From Maribacter algarum (ex Lu et al. 2025) (nom. illeg.) (GTDB lineage Bacteria; Bacteroidota; Bacteroidia; Flavobacteriales; Flavobacteriaceae), in NCBI GenBank assembly GCA_947495915.1, contig CANMAW010000006.1:170882-234881 (forward strand): a stretch of 64,000 nucleotides of DNA. Direction: 5' to 3'. The position numbers were made by a program, and so were the translations under genes. Positions 1 through 9,413 of the stretch are shown here, one piece after another; position 1 is the stretch's first letter; each line of letters starts with the position of its first letter. The notes beneath the pieces were generated by a model. The model was not told the origin of the DNA. It did not search any database and worked only from the letters and a program-made list of their open reading frames with translations.

Positions 1-461
1 TGATTTTGACTACAAAAAAGAATAAAAAAAGAATGGATATCAACCTTAAAGAACTTACCATAATTAACGAAATAGTTTTAACGGTAGGATTAGTAATGTT
101 GACTATTGGTAACTTTCTTGGCGGCCAATGGGCTAATGAAAGTTGGGGGCGTTATTGGGGATGGGACCCAAAAGAAACCTGGGCACTTATTTCTATAATG
201 GTTTATGCCTTTGTTATTCACACAAGACTAGTACCAGGTTTAAGAGGTAAATGGACTTTCAATTTTTTAAGTGTAATAGCCTATGCAAGTATTATGATGA
301 CTTATTTTGGGGTTAATTATTATCTCGTAGGTTTACACAGTTATGGGCAAAGCGGTGCTGCTGCTATTACCCCTGATTACGTATGGTATATTGCTCTTGG
401 TGCATTTATTTTGGGGGCAATTAGCTATTGGAGATATCGTGAAAATTATCTAACAAAGTAG
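1..461 (+). CDS. ccsA: Cytochrome c biogenesis protein, CcsA/ResC family, C-terminal part (5' end outside window)
   Basis: ORF 6..461 is open to the window edge. It carries the Trp-rich heme-handling motif WGRYWGWDPKETW (WGxxWxWD) followed by hydrophobic helices, as in the CcsA/CcmC/CcmF family. Confidence 0.75.
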   Translation, partial: ILTTKKNKKRMDINLKELTIINEIVLTVGLVMLTIGNFLGGQWANESWGRYWGWDPKETWALISIMVYAFVIHTRLVPGLRGKWTFNFLSVIAYASIMMTYFGVNYYLVGLHSYGQSGAAAITPDYVWYIALGAFILGAISYWRYRENYLTK

Positions 462-467
462 TTTTAA

Positions 468-1280
468 TTATTTTCCTCCATTTGCCTGTAAATCTTGTAA
501 ACAAAAAGTGTCAAGCGTAGGTATAGTTCCGCCACTGAGTGAATTTAGAAGTCCTTCACCAGTTTCTGCCGTCCAATACATTAAACAATCTTCTGTAGTA
601 CAATGTCTACCATGCGCAACATCTTGGTGATCGCTTTGTGGTGTTGTCCCCGCATTAACTAAGCCAAGTAAATGCCCAAATTCATGGTTTAAAACCGTAG
701 TTTCTAGAACTGTGGTACTAGGTGCTAGGGCCTGCCCGCTAAAACCTTGTACTGTTTCTTCAAAAATTACAAAAGAAGTATTTCTATAGGCAACACCTAA
801 TACCGAACCATTCTCAGTATTTTCAGAGTATTCACCATTTATAAAAATTCCAAAAACTGAAACCCTTTGATCATTATTATATTGGGTTCGAATATCATCT
901 TCTAAAGATCTTATTTCTTCAATAGTATATACGGTTTTTCCCGGGCTAGAAATTTGGGTTAATTCAATGGTAATGTCTTTTGGTTTATTTAAAAGCTCTG
1001 AAACAAAATCTTCAAAATTTGCAATAGTGTTCTCTGTTGGTTTTAATCCTTCTACATAGAATATTTCAAAATGAATAGCATTGAAGTTGGTGTCTGCTAA
1101 CATATCATTTGCTGAATCACCAACGGCCCTTTTGTTTTGTGAAGTATCTACAGTTAGTTCATCACCATTTTCATCAACGATAACTTCTAAGTCCTCCTTG
1201 TTATTTGCACTGTCATCTGAGCAACTAAAAGAGCAAACAAAAACGATAAGGATAAAAAGTACTTTAAGATGTTTTTTCAT
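468..1280 (-). CDS. Zinc metalloprotease lipoprotein, archaemetzincin-like
   Basis: Lipoprotein signal (LILIVFVCSFSCSDD). HEFGHLLGL zinc motif followed by H...HCTTEDCLMYW, resembling the HExxHxxG...Cx4CxM pattern of M54-type metzincins. Confidence 0.55.
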   Translation of the reverse strand: MKKHLKVLFILIVFVCSFSCSDDSANNKEDLEVIVDENGDELTVDTSQNKRAVGDSANDMLADTNFNAIHFEIFYVEGLKPTENTIANFEDFVSELLNKPKDITIELTQISSPGKTVYTIEEIRSLEDDIRTQYNNDQRVSVFGIFINGEYSENTENGSVLGVAYRNTSFVIFEETVQGFSGQALAPSTTVLETTVLNHEFGHLLGLVNAGTTPQSDHQDVAHGRHCTTEDCLMYWTAETGEGLLNSLSGGTIPTLDTFCLQDLQANGGK

Positions 1281-1509
1281 TTCGGGGATACTTTATATTG
1301 ACTTAAACGAAGGTAAAAATGGTTTAGTATCAAATTAATTATAAGTACAGATGCCAAACCTATTATATTTTTTTGCATCTTTATGCTATTATGAAGTTAT
1401 AAGAATTAATTTTTTAGAAATGCCGGTGCGCTTATGCGTTTTAAGTAATTGGACACTTCCAATTAACTGTGGCATTTATTTTCTCTTCGTTTCACTTAAT
1501 TCTTAACAA

Positions 1510-2919
1510 ATGACGACTTCAAATAAACTTACTATAAAAAAAGTATTCAACTATTTCATTCAAGCCTTAACAGGTAAGGAAAATGAATTTGTATCTGGAA
1601 GTATTCGCAAGGCAATTTTTATGCTATCAATACCCATGATATTAGAAATGATGATGGAATCAATTTTTGCCATTGTTGACATTGCTTATGTTTCACAGGT
1701 TAGTGTGAATGCAGTTGCAACAATAGGCTTAACCGAATCTGTTATTACTTTAATCTACGCCGTTGCTATTGGTTTAAGTATGGCTGCTACTGCCTTAGTT
1801 GCTAGACGTATAGGTGAAAAAGATATAGATGGAGCTAAAGCTGCCGCTGTACAGGCCATACTATTAGGTGTGGTCGTGTCAATAATTGTTGGCATTTGCG
1901 GTTTTCTTTTTGCGAAAGATATACTGGCTCTGATGGGTGCAGAACCAGAGTTAATTGCTGAAGGTTATGGTTATACCCAACTATTAATTGGAGGTAATGT
2001 TACTATTCTGCTTTTATTCTTAATTAATGCCATATTTAGAGGGGCAGGTAATGCGTCTGTAGCCATGTGGACACTTGTACTTTCTAATGGTTTAAATATA
2101 ATTTTAGACCCTATTTTTATTTTTGGATGGGGTCCGATTCCTGAATATGGTGTAACAGGAGCGGCCATAGCTACAAATATTGGTCGAGGTACGGCGGTAA
2201 TTTTTCAGCTTTTTGTGTTGTTTTTTGGTTGGAGTGCTATTCAAATAAAGATAAAAGATATTATTGTCAACATTAAGGTAATGTTGAATCTGGTTAAGGT
2301 TTCGATTGGTGGAATTGCGCAATTTCTAATAGGCACTTCAAGCTGGGTGTTTTTAATGCGAATGATGGCCGAATTTGGTAGTGAAGTGCTAGCCGGCTAT
2401 ACTATTGCTATAAGAATAATGCTATTTACCTTAATGCCTTCATGGGGTATGAGTAATGCCGCTGCGACATTAGTGGGGCAAAATTTAGGAGCAAAACAAC
2501 CCGATCGCGCTGAAATTTCAGTTTGGAAAACAGGCAAATACAATGCTTATTTTATGGGAGTGGTTTCAATTATTTATTTCTTTTTTTCCCATAATATTGT
2601 AGGTTGGTTTAATGATAATCCTATAGTTATAGAAAACGGTGGTTTATGCCTGCAAATAATAGCGATTGGTTATGTGTTTTATGCTTATGGCATGGTAGTT
2701 ACACAAGCCTTTAATGGTGCAGGAGATACAGGTACTCCTACAAAAATCAACTTAGTAGCTTTTTGGATGTTTCAGTTGCCATTAGCCTATTTGACAGCAA
2801 TAACTTTCAAATTGGGAGCAATGGGTGTTTTCATTGCCATTACTGCTGCCGAAGTATTGTTGGCAATTATTTCAATAATTTGGTTTAGAAAAGGGAATTG
2901 GAAAAAGGTTCAATTGTAG
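1510..2919 (+). CDS. MATE family multidrug/toxin efflux transporter
   Basis: 469 aa with about 12 predicted TM helices. The N-terminal IRKAIFMLSIPMILEMMMESIFAIVDIAYVS and the internal repeat organisation are typical of NorM/DinF-type MATE proteins. Confidence 0.85.
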   Translation: MTTSNKLTIKKVFNYFIQALTGKENEFVSGSIRKAIFMLSIPMILEMMMESIFAIVDIAYVSQVSVNAVATIGLTESVITLIYAVAIGLSMAATALVARRIGEKDIDGAKAAAVQAILLGVVVSIIVGICGFLFAKDILALMGAEPELIAEGYGYTQLLIGGNVTILLLFLINAIFRGAGNASVAMWTLVLSNGLNIILDPIFIFGWGPIPEYGVTGAAIATNIGRGTAVIFQLFVLFFGWSAIQIKIKDIIVNIKVMLNLVKVSIGGIAQFLIGTSSWVFLMRMMAEFGSEVLAGYTIAIRIMLFTLMPSWGMSNAAATLVGQNLGAKQPDRAEISVWKTGKYNAYFMGVVSIIYFFFSHNIVGWFNDNPIVIENGGLCLQIIAIGYVFYAYGMVVTQAFNGAGDTGTPTKINLVAFWMFQLPLAYLTAITFKLGAMGVFIAITAAEVLLAIISIIWFRKGNWKKVQL

Positions 2920-2949
2920 TAACTTTAACCATCAAAAAATTATGATACA

Positions 2950-4122
2950 ATGCAAAATAATAAAGGACTAAATACGATTTGCACTCATGTAGGTGAAGTT
3001 GAAGATAAGGAGTTCAAAGGAGCTATTTCTCCGCTTTATATGAGTAGTTCTTATGCCTTTGACGACGTTGAAACAAAAAGATATCCAAGATACTTCAATA
3101 CCCCAAATCAAGAAGCGTTGTGTAAAAAGGTTGCCGCCTTAGAACATGTAGAAGCCGGTTTAATTTTCGGTAGTGGAATGGCAGCTGTTAGCACCACATT
3201 GTTGGCTTTTTTAAGAGCCGGAGATCATGTTGTATTACAAAATGCTTTGTACGGAGGTACCTTCAATCTTGTAAATGAGGAATTTGATAAATACGGCATC
3301 GAGTATTCATTTACAAACGGATTGAAACCTGATGATTTTGAATCAAAAATTAAAAAGAATACTAAGGTGATTTATGTAGAAACCCCATCAAATCCTTTAC
3401 TTAAAATTACTGATCTAAACGCCGTAGTAGCGATTGCTAAACGTCATGGTTTAATTTCAATGATTGATAATACCTTCGCAAGTCCGGTGAATCAAAACCC
3501 GGCTGATTTCGGTATAGATATCATCATTCACAGCGCAACTAAATATATGGGAGGTCATTCTGATATTTGTGCAGGTGCAGTAGCTTCTACTCGAGAAAAT
3601 ATTAATCGTATTTTTCATTTGGCCAAAAATTTTGGAGGTAGCCTTTCTGATCAAACTGTGTGGTTATTAGAACGAAGTATGAAAACTATGGGAATTAGGG
3701 TAAAAGAACAAAACAAAAACGCACAACGAATGGCTGAGTTTCTGTTTGATCATGATGATATTGCAGCTGTTTATTACCCAGGACTACCGTCACATCCTGA
3801 TCATGAATTAGCAAAATCGCAGATGCGCGGCTTTGGTGGCATGCTATCGTTTGAGTTGAATGAGGCTTTTGATGCTTCTCTGTTTCAAAAATCATTGCAA
3901 TTAATAAAACCCTCTATGAGTTTGGCTGGTGTTGAAAGTACTATGCTTTCACCTACCAAAACATCACATTCACTAATGCAGCCTGAAGAAAGAGAGCGTC
4001 AGGGTATAAAAGATGGGTTGATTCGTTTTTCAGTAGGAATTGAAGAACCTGAAGATCTGATATCAGATATAAATCAAGCCTTAGAAAAAGTAAGGTTAAC
4101 GGTTCGTTCTACGACCCACTAA
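2950..4122 (+). CDS. PLP-dependent trans-sulfuration enzyme (cystathionine beta-lyase / gamma-synthase family)
   Basis: 390 aa. Cys/Met-metabolism PLP family signature with the Schiff-base lysine in HSATKYMGGHSD, and DNTFASP upstream of it. Confidence 0.8.
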   Translation: MQNNKGLNTICTHVGEVEDKEFKGAISPLYMSSSYAFDDVETKRYPRYFNTPNQEALCKKVAALEHVEAGLIFGSGMAAVSTTLLAFLRAGDHVVLQNALYGGTFNLVNEEFDKYGIEYSFTNGLKPDDFESKIKKNTKVIYVETPSNPLLKITDLNAVVAIAKRHGLISMIDNTFASPVNQNPADFGIDIIIHSATKYMGGHSDICAGAVASTRENINRIFHLAKNFGGSLSDQTVWLLERSMKTMGIRVKEQNKNAQRMAEFLFDHDDIAAVYYPGLPSHPDHELAKSQMRGFGGMLSFELNEAFDASLFQKSLQLIKPSMSLAGVESTMLSPTKTSHSLMQPEERERQGIKDGLIRFSVGIEEPEDLISDINQALEKVRLTVRSTTH

Positions 4123-4140
4123 AAAAAGGAAAATAAAACT

Positions 4141-4857
4141 ATGAAATTAGATATACTGGCTTTTGGCGCTCACCCTGATGATATAGAACTAGGTGCAGGG
4201 GCTACCATTGCAAAAGAAATTGCTCATGGTAAAAAAGTAGGTGCTGTTGATCTAACTCGCGGTGAACTAGGTACAAGAGGGTCTGCAGAAATACGAGATA
4301 CTGAGGCTGCAAAAGCTGCTAAAATATTAGGGTTGTCGGTTAGAGAAAATTTAGGATTTGCAGATGGTTTTTTTGTAAACGATAAAGCTCATCAAACTGA
4401 GATTATTAAAATGTTACGCAAATATAAACCTGAAATTGTGATATGTAACGCAATTGATGATCGCCATATTGATCACCCAAAAGGAAGTCAATTAGTTAGT
4501 AATTCTTGTTTTTTAAGTGGATTAATAAAATTTGAAACAGAATTGAATGGAGAGCTTCAAGAACCTTGGAGACCTAAAAAAGTATATCACTATATACAAT
4601 GGAAGAATTTAAATCCTGATTTTGTTGTTGATGTCTCGGGATTTATGGATGTAAAAGTAGCATCAATTTTAGCTTATAGTTCACAGTTTTTTGATCCAAA
4701 TAGTAACGAACCTGAAACACCAATAAGTAATCGAAATTTTATTGATAGCGTAACGTACAGGGCGAGAGATTTAGGTCGGTATATTAATACTGATTACGCA
4801 GAAGGTTTTAATGTAGAACGTTTTGCAGCTGTAGATCGAATTGATGACTTAATTTAG
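4141..4857 (+). CDS. bshB1: Bacillithiol biosynthesis deacetylase BshB1 (LmbE/PIG-L family)
   Basis: N-terminal AFGAHPDDIELGAGATIAK and DLTRGELGTRG motifs of LmbE-type metal-dependent deacetylases. Length (238 aa) and sequence pattern match BshB1. Confidence 0.75.
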   Translation: MKLDILAFGAHPDDIELGAGATIAKEIAHGKKVGAVDLTRGELGTRGSAEIRDTEAAKAAKILGLSVRENLGFADGFFVNDKAHQTEIIKMLRKYKPEIVICNAIDDRHIDHPKGSQLVSNSCFLSGLIKFETELNGELQEPWRPKKVYHYIQWKNLNPDFVVDVSGFMDVKVASILAYSSQFFDPNSNEPETPISNRNFIDSVTYRARDLGRYINTDYAEGFNVERFAAVDRIDDLI

Positions 4858-6953
4858 CTAGCTTGTTCATATCGCTCGTTCATTTTTGGTACCGTAAAAT
4901 AAAAGCATGTTCCTTTTTTAAGGGCACTTTCAACCCAAATGGTTCCTTTATTGTTTTCAACCATTTCTTTACATAACGTTAAACCGAGACCTGTTCCTTT
5001 TTCATTTTCGGTGCCGTATGTGGTTACATTAGTGTCACTAGCAAAAAGTTTTGAACGCGTATCTTCATCAATACCTATACCAGTATCGCGAACAGAAATT
5101 ACCCAAAGATCACCTTTTTCTGCAGCACCTACAGTTACAATTCCGTGTTTGGGGGTAAACTTAAGTGCATTGCTCATAAGGTTCCTTACTACAATATCAA
5201 TTTGATCGGCGTCAGTCCAAGCCAAAGTGTTTTCACTGATTTCATTGACTAGTTTAATTGATTTTTTGTCTGCAATCTCTGATAGCAAATTAATATTGTC
5301 TTCAACAATATTATCAATACATACCAGTGATGGTTGTGTAATGGTACCTTTCATTTGTGTTTGACCCCAAGAGAGTAAATTGTTCAAGGTAAACGAAATA
5401 TGATCTATATCAGAACCTAGTTTAGGAATAAAAGTTAGAAACTCTTCCTCGGTTATTTCTCCACTTCTGAATAATTGTATTAGCCCCTTAAAAGCACCAA
5501 TAGGGCCACGTAAGTCATGGCCTATAATAGAAAATAATTTGTCTTTAGTATGGTTAATTTCTCGTAACTCATGCTCTCTTTCTTCTAGGGCTTCTTTTTT
5601 GGTGTGAAGCTCTTTATTTAGAGATTTTTGAGTTTTTTCATTTCTACGTATGAGTAGTGTAATAGCTAATAAGACCAATAATATGGCCATAGAGGCATAG
5701 ATGTAATTTTTTTGTTTCGCTAATACTTTTTCATTTGCAGCAATTAAATCAGCTCGTTGCTGTTCATGATTTAATTTGGTTTTTAACATAACCAAATTCT
5801 TTTTGCTTTCGTTCTTGGCTATGGTGTCAGATAATTCTTGATAAAGTTCATGGTAAGCTAAAGCCTCAACATAATCCTCATTTTGTTTGTGTATTTTATA
5901 AAGGGTGTTTGCATTTTTTTGAATTCCGTTTTTAATTTTAAGGCGTTGCGCCAAATTAAAACCTTTAAGTGCAAATTTTTGAGAAAGGCTGTCATTGCCA
6001 ATTCCTAAATGAGCTTCAGCAAGTCCGTTCATTAAATCTATTTCAGCTCGTTCATCATCAACATTTTTGGCATGAAGATCTTTACTCTGATTATACCAAA
6101 ATAATGCCCATTTGTATTTATCTTGATTCAGATAAATTTTACCTTTTATTTCGTAGGCATAGGCCAACCAGTCCATTACTTGGTATTTTTCAAAAGTAGT
6201 GATACTTTTATTTACATTAAACATAGCGTACTCTATATTGTTCATGTCTGCATAAAGTGAAGCTACGTTACTTTGACTATGAGCTGAAAACAACTCCTCA
6301 TCAATTTTTTCGTTGATTTTTTTTACGGTTTTAAAATGTCGTAAAGCCTGTTGATAATCTTTCTGAGAGGTATAAAGTAATGCAATGTTTTCATTTAAAA
6401 TAGATGACATTTTATCATTACTAGTGGAGTCTGCAATTTCCATAGCCGTTAAATACTCTTCAAGAGCTTCTGCATATTTACCTTGATATTCATATTCTCC
6501 TGCAAGTGAATTATGTGCGTCTAAAATATAAGATTCATTATTAATCTCTTTTGCTATTGTTGCGGCTTTAGAAAAGTTTTGAATACCTTTTTGATGCTTA
6601 CCTCGATCAGAAAAATAATCACCAATATTGATTAAGGCTTCTATCTGCCCTTTATCATATTTAGCTTTTTTACTGTTTTCAAGAGCTTCTATAGATATTG
6701 AGTATAAACTATCAGGCTTATAAAAACGCAACTCTTTTGCCAATTTGTTTAGTGAATTGATATAAGCAAAATCATGAGCAGAAAAACTTGAAGACAATCT
6801 TACTGCATAAATTTCATCAAGTAAACTATCTTTTACTTTTTGTTGACCGTAAACTGAGGGTATAAACAAGAACATCACTGTAAAGAGCAAAAATGGCTCT
6901 TTAAGTAATTTTACAAATGTTGTGTAATTGATCTTTTTATTTGATTTTCGCAT
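4854..6953 (-). CDS. TPR-repeat sensor histidine kinase (signal/TM, periplasmic TPR domain, TM, coiled coil, HisKA, HATPase_c)
   Basis: H-box FSIIGHDLRGP; N, G1 and G2 boxes (RNLMSNALKF, DTGIGI, GTGLGL). The N-terminal half has repeated TPR-like helices and there is a central TM segment (ASMAILLVLLAITLLI). Confidence 0.8.
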   Translation of the reverse strand: MRKSNKKINYTTFVKLLKEPFLLFTVMFLFIPSVYGQQKVKDSLLDEIYAVRLSSSFSAHDFAYINSLNKLAKELRFYKPDSLYSISIEALENSKKAKYDKGQIEALINIGDYFSDRGKHQKGIQNFSKAATIAKEINNESYILDAHNSLAGEYEYQGKYAEALEEYLTAMEIADSTSNDKMSSILNENIALLYTSQKDYQQALRHFKTVKKINEKIDEELFSAHSQSNVASLYADMNNIEYAMFNVNKSITTFEKYQVMDWLAYAYEIKGKIYLNQDKYKWALFWYNQSKDLHAKNVDDERAEIDLMNGLAEAHLGIGNDSLSQKFALKGFNLAQRLKIKNGIQKNANTLYKIHKQNEDYVEALAYHELYQELSDTIAKNESKKNLVMLKTKLNHEQQRADLIAANEKVLAKQKNYIYASMAILLVLLAITLLIRRNEKTQKSLNKELHTKKEALEEREHELREINHTKDKLFSIIGHDLRGPIGAFKGLIQLFRSGEITEEEFLTFIPKLGSDIDHISFTLNNLLSWGQTQMKGTITQPSLVCIDNIVEDNINLLSEIADKKSIKLVNEISENTLAWTDADQIDIVVRNLMSNALKFTPKHGIVTVGAAEKGDLWVISVRDTGIGIDEDTRSKLFASDTNVTTYGTENEKGTGLGLTLCKEMVENNKGTIWVESALKKGTCFYFTVPKMNERYEQAS

Positions 6954-7066
6954 TTATACGAATTCATTAAATGCTAAAACTAAAATCAATTTAAAGTATA
7001 TTCTAATTAATGTTGTGAAATTGTTTAAAACAGATGTAAGAAGGTGATAATCATACTTTTTAGCAA

Positions 7067-9130
7067 TTAGGTTGTTTCTTTTTCTGGTACTTTTAGGAGA
7101 TACACGTAAAAAGTACTTCCTTTCTTTGGAATACTTTGAACCCCTATATTACCTTGGTTTCTAATTAGCAACTCTTTACAAAGTATGAGCCCCATTCCTG
7201 TTCCTTTTTCTTTGTTCGTACCCGTGGTAGTAAAACTTTGGTTTAATTCAAAAATTGCCGTTTTCGAATCTTGATCCATACCAACACCTACATCTGTAAA
7301 TTCAACAACAATATATTTTTCTTTTGAAACCGCCTTTAATCTTATTTCGCCACCGTTGTAAGAGAACTTAATAGCATTATGAATAAGGTTTCTAAACACC
7401 ACTTCAATATCATTATTATCAGCCCATGCACGTATGTTTTCATCGATATCTACAACAACTGCTAAGTTTTTCTTTAAAATTTCTTCAGAAAATAATTCAA
7501 TAACCCGTTGTGCTATTTCTTTAATATTAATAATGCTTGGTCTAGTGTATTCTCCGGTCATTTGTTTTTGACCCCAAGAAAGCAAATTATCGATAGTATA
7601 ATGAACGTAATCAGTGTACCTGGTTAACTTTGGCAGTAAACTTTCTAATAAAACTTCTTTGTTTTCTTCATTACTCATTAATTTAAGTAATTCGCGTAAC
7701 GAGGCAATGGGCCCCTTGAGGTCATGACCAACTATTGAAAATAATTTTTTCTGATCGGTATTTATTTTTGTTAAATGTTTTTCGTTGCTAATTAAGGTGT
7801 TTGTTTTCGTCTCTAATTGTTTATTTAGTTTTTTCTCACGCCTATTTGATTGATAAACAATGAAGGTAATTATAAGAGTCATTAGCAGTGCTGCTATGAT
7901 CCATTGAAAGTATTTTTGTTGTTTCGAATGCTCTTCTAAATTTTTAAGCCTTAAAGCTTCTTTTTCTTTATCAAAATTCATTTTGGTTCTTAATACCGCC
8001 ATGTTCTGAACTTGATCATCTTTCTTAATATACTTTTTTAGCGCGGTACTCTTTTTGTAATAGGAATAGGCACTATCATTGTTGCCTGCGAGCTCTTCTA
8101 TTTTCTCTAGCAAATTGTATGATTTTACCATATAAAGAGAGTCACTGAAGTCCGTCGCTAATTTTAAAGTATTTAAAGAATAACTTTTAGCCATTTCTAA
8201 ATCTTTCAATTCAGTTAAAATGTTTGAATGAATAAGATCAATTTCCATTTGATCTCTTGGATTATACAAACTTGACAATAGGCTATCTGACATATTGATC
8301 CAAAAATGTGCTTTTTCGAAATCATTTAATTTTATAAAATACCTCGATTTCACACGGTAAGCACGAGACAACCATAGAGATTCATCTTCTTGTTTTAAAA
8401 GAGCAATACTTTTTTCATTGTATTCATTCGCCATTTTTAAGTAACCGCCATCTACAGCATTTAATGCTATATTCGAAATGGTCATAGCTTTTTTTTGTTT
8501 GTCATTATTTACATACTCCCATAAGCTATCTGCTATTACATATTCAATATGAGCTTCATTATGAAGTTTATAATTCCAGTAGACCCAGCCAAGATTGTGC
8601 CTAAGAGATGCTTCATGCTCATACAATTGATTTTCACTCGCCAAATCTATAGCTTCATAGTATGTAAGAATCGATTTTTTAAGGTCTTGGCTAAAGAACT
8701 CTTGTATGGCGATACTTTTGAGCACTTCAACTTGCAAGGTAGGAGAGTCTAAATCACATGCTTCTTTTTTTATTGCGTAATAGATATCAAATGCCTCTTT
8801 TTCATGTCCTGAATCTGAATGATAATCTCCTTTTCGAAGTAAGGCAAATGTTTTTCCAATAGGATAATTAATTTTATCAGCGATAATACCGGCCTCCTCT
8901 GAAAGTACCTTCATACTATCTGGCAGTCGATAACGATATTTTTTAGCTAGTTCATTAAGTAAATCAACATAGGTGGTAGTTAGTGTACCAGTAGTGCCCT
9001 CTTTCCTTAATAATTTTATCTGAATAATTAAACTGTCTTTAGTTTCTTGGTTTGCAAGAGCAGCAGAACTACTGAATAACAGTAGAATAAACAAAGATAA
9101 TGACGCTATGACTCGAAATTTTATTATCAA
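7067..9130 (-). CDS. TPR-repeat sensor histidine kinase, paralog of the neighbouring kinase
   Basis: Same architecture as 4854..6953: H-box FSIVGHDLKGP, RNLIHNAIKF, DVGVGM, GTGMGL, and a central TM (IIAALLMTLIITFIVY). Confidence 0.8.
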   Translation of the reverse strand: MIIKFRVIASLSLFILLLFSSSAALANQETKDSLIIQIKLLRKEGTTGTLTTTYVDLLNELAKKYRYRLPDSMKVLSEEAGIIADKINYPIGKTFALLRKGDYHSDSGHEKEAFDIYYAIKKEACDLDSPTLQVEVLKSIAIQEFFSQDLKKSILTYYEAIDLASENQLYEHEASLRHNLGWVYWNYKLHNEAHIEYVIADSLWEYVNNDKQKKAMTISNIALNAVDGGYLKMANEYNEKSIALLKQEDESLWLSRAYRVKSRYFIKLNDFEKAHFWINMSDSLLSSLYNPRDQMEIDLIHSNILTELKDLEMAKSYSLNTLKLATDFSDSLYMVKSYNLLEKIEELAGNNDSAYSYYKKSTALKKYIKKDDQVQNMAVLRTKMNFDKEKEALRLKNLEEHSKQQKYFQWIIAALLMTLIITFIVYQSNRREKKLNKQLETKTNTLISNEKHLTKINTDQKKLFSIVGHDLKGPIASLRELLKLMSNEENKEVLLESLLPKLTRYTDYVHYTIDNLLSWGQKQMTGEYTRPSIINIKEIAQRVIELFSEEILKKNLAVVVDIDENIRAWADNNDIEVVFRNLIHNAIKFSYNGGEIRLKAVSKEKYIVVEFTDVGVGMDQDSKTAIFELNQSFTTTGTNKEKGTGMGLILCKELLIRNQGNIGVQSIPKKGSTFYVYLLKVPEKETT

Positions 9131-9232
9131 TGTGATGGTTTAAATGTTAAGGGGGAATTATAAGTAATTAATCTCTACGTAATTTAAAGAATATTTCTGA
9201 TAAAATTTAAAATTAAAGAAAGCTAAATTTAG

Positions 9233-9263
9233 TTTGAAATATTCTATAAAAAATCTACATTTG
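9233..9263 (+). promoter_or_regulatory. Bacteroidetes-type sigma-A promoter for tRNA-His (-33 TTTG, 19 nt spacer, -7 TACATTTG)
   Basis: TTTG at 9233..9236 and TAnnTTTG at 9256..9263, ending 16 nt upstream of the tRNA 5' end. Confidence 0.5.
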
Positions 9264-9278
9264 CATCCGCTATTAAAT

Positions 9279-9355
9279 GGTGGTTGTAGCTCAGCTGGTT
9301 AGAGCGCTGGTTTGTGGTACCAGAAGTCGCCGGTTCGAACCCGGTCTTCCACCCA
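9279..9355 (+). tRNA. tRNA-His (anticodon GTG) with genomically encoded G-1
   Basis: Hand-folded cloverleaf: D arm GCTC-AGCTGGTTA-GAGC; anticodon stem CTGGT/ACCAG with loop TTGTGGT (GTG); T arm GCCGG-TTCGAAC-CCGGT. An extra 5' G pairs with C73, as is typical of tRNA-His. Confidence 0.9.
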
Positions 9356-9361
9356 AAATTA

Positions 9362-9391
9362 AAGCCTTATCAATATGATAAGGCTTTTTTT
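9362..9391 (+). terminator. Rho-independent terminator after tRNA-His (hairpin also lies downstream of the convergent peptidase gene)
   Basis: 10 bp stem AAGCCTTATC/GATAAGGCTT, loop AATAT, followed by T7. Confidence 0.75.
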
Positions 9392-9413
9392 GTTGCTTAA
9401 TTGTTGGTGTTTT

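Noticed and set aside
2920-2949. SAM or other Met/Cys riboswitch upstream of the trans-sulfuration gene
   Set aside because: The gap after the MATE gene is only 30 nt, too short for any known riboswitch. The gene is more likely co-transcribed with the MATE gene.
4854-4857. 4 nt overlap of convergent stop codons (bshB1 TAG and kinase TAA within TTAG) as a regulatory feature
   Set aside because: This is probably just genome compaction. There is no associated structure or repeat. It is mentioned under the kinase finding only.
9131-9413. tRNA-His as a possible integration hotspot or genomic island boundary
   Set aside because: There is no integrase, no duplicated tRNA 3' fragment and no direct repeat nearby. 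The flanking genes (sensor kinase, M28 peptidase) look like ordinary chromosomal genes.
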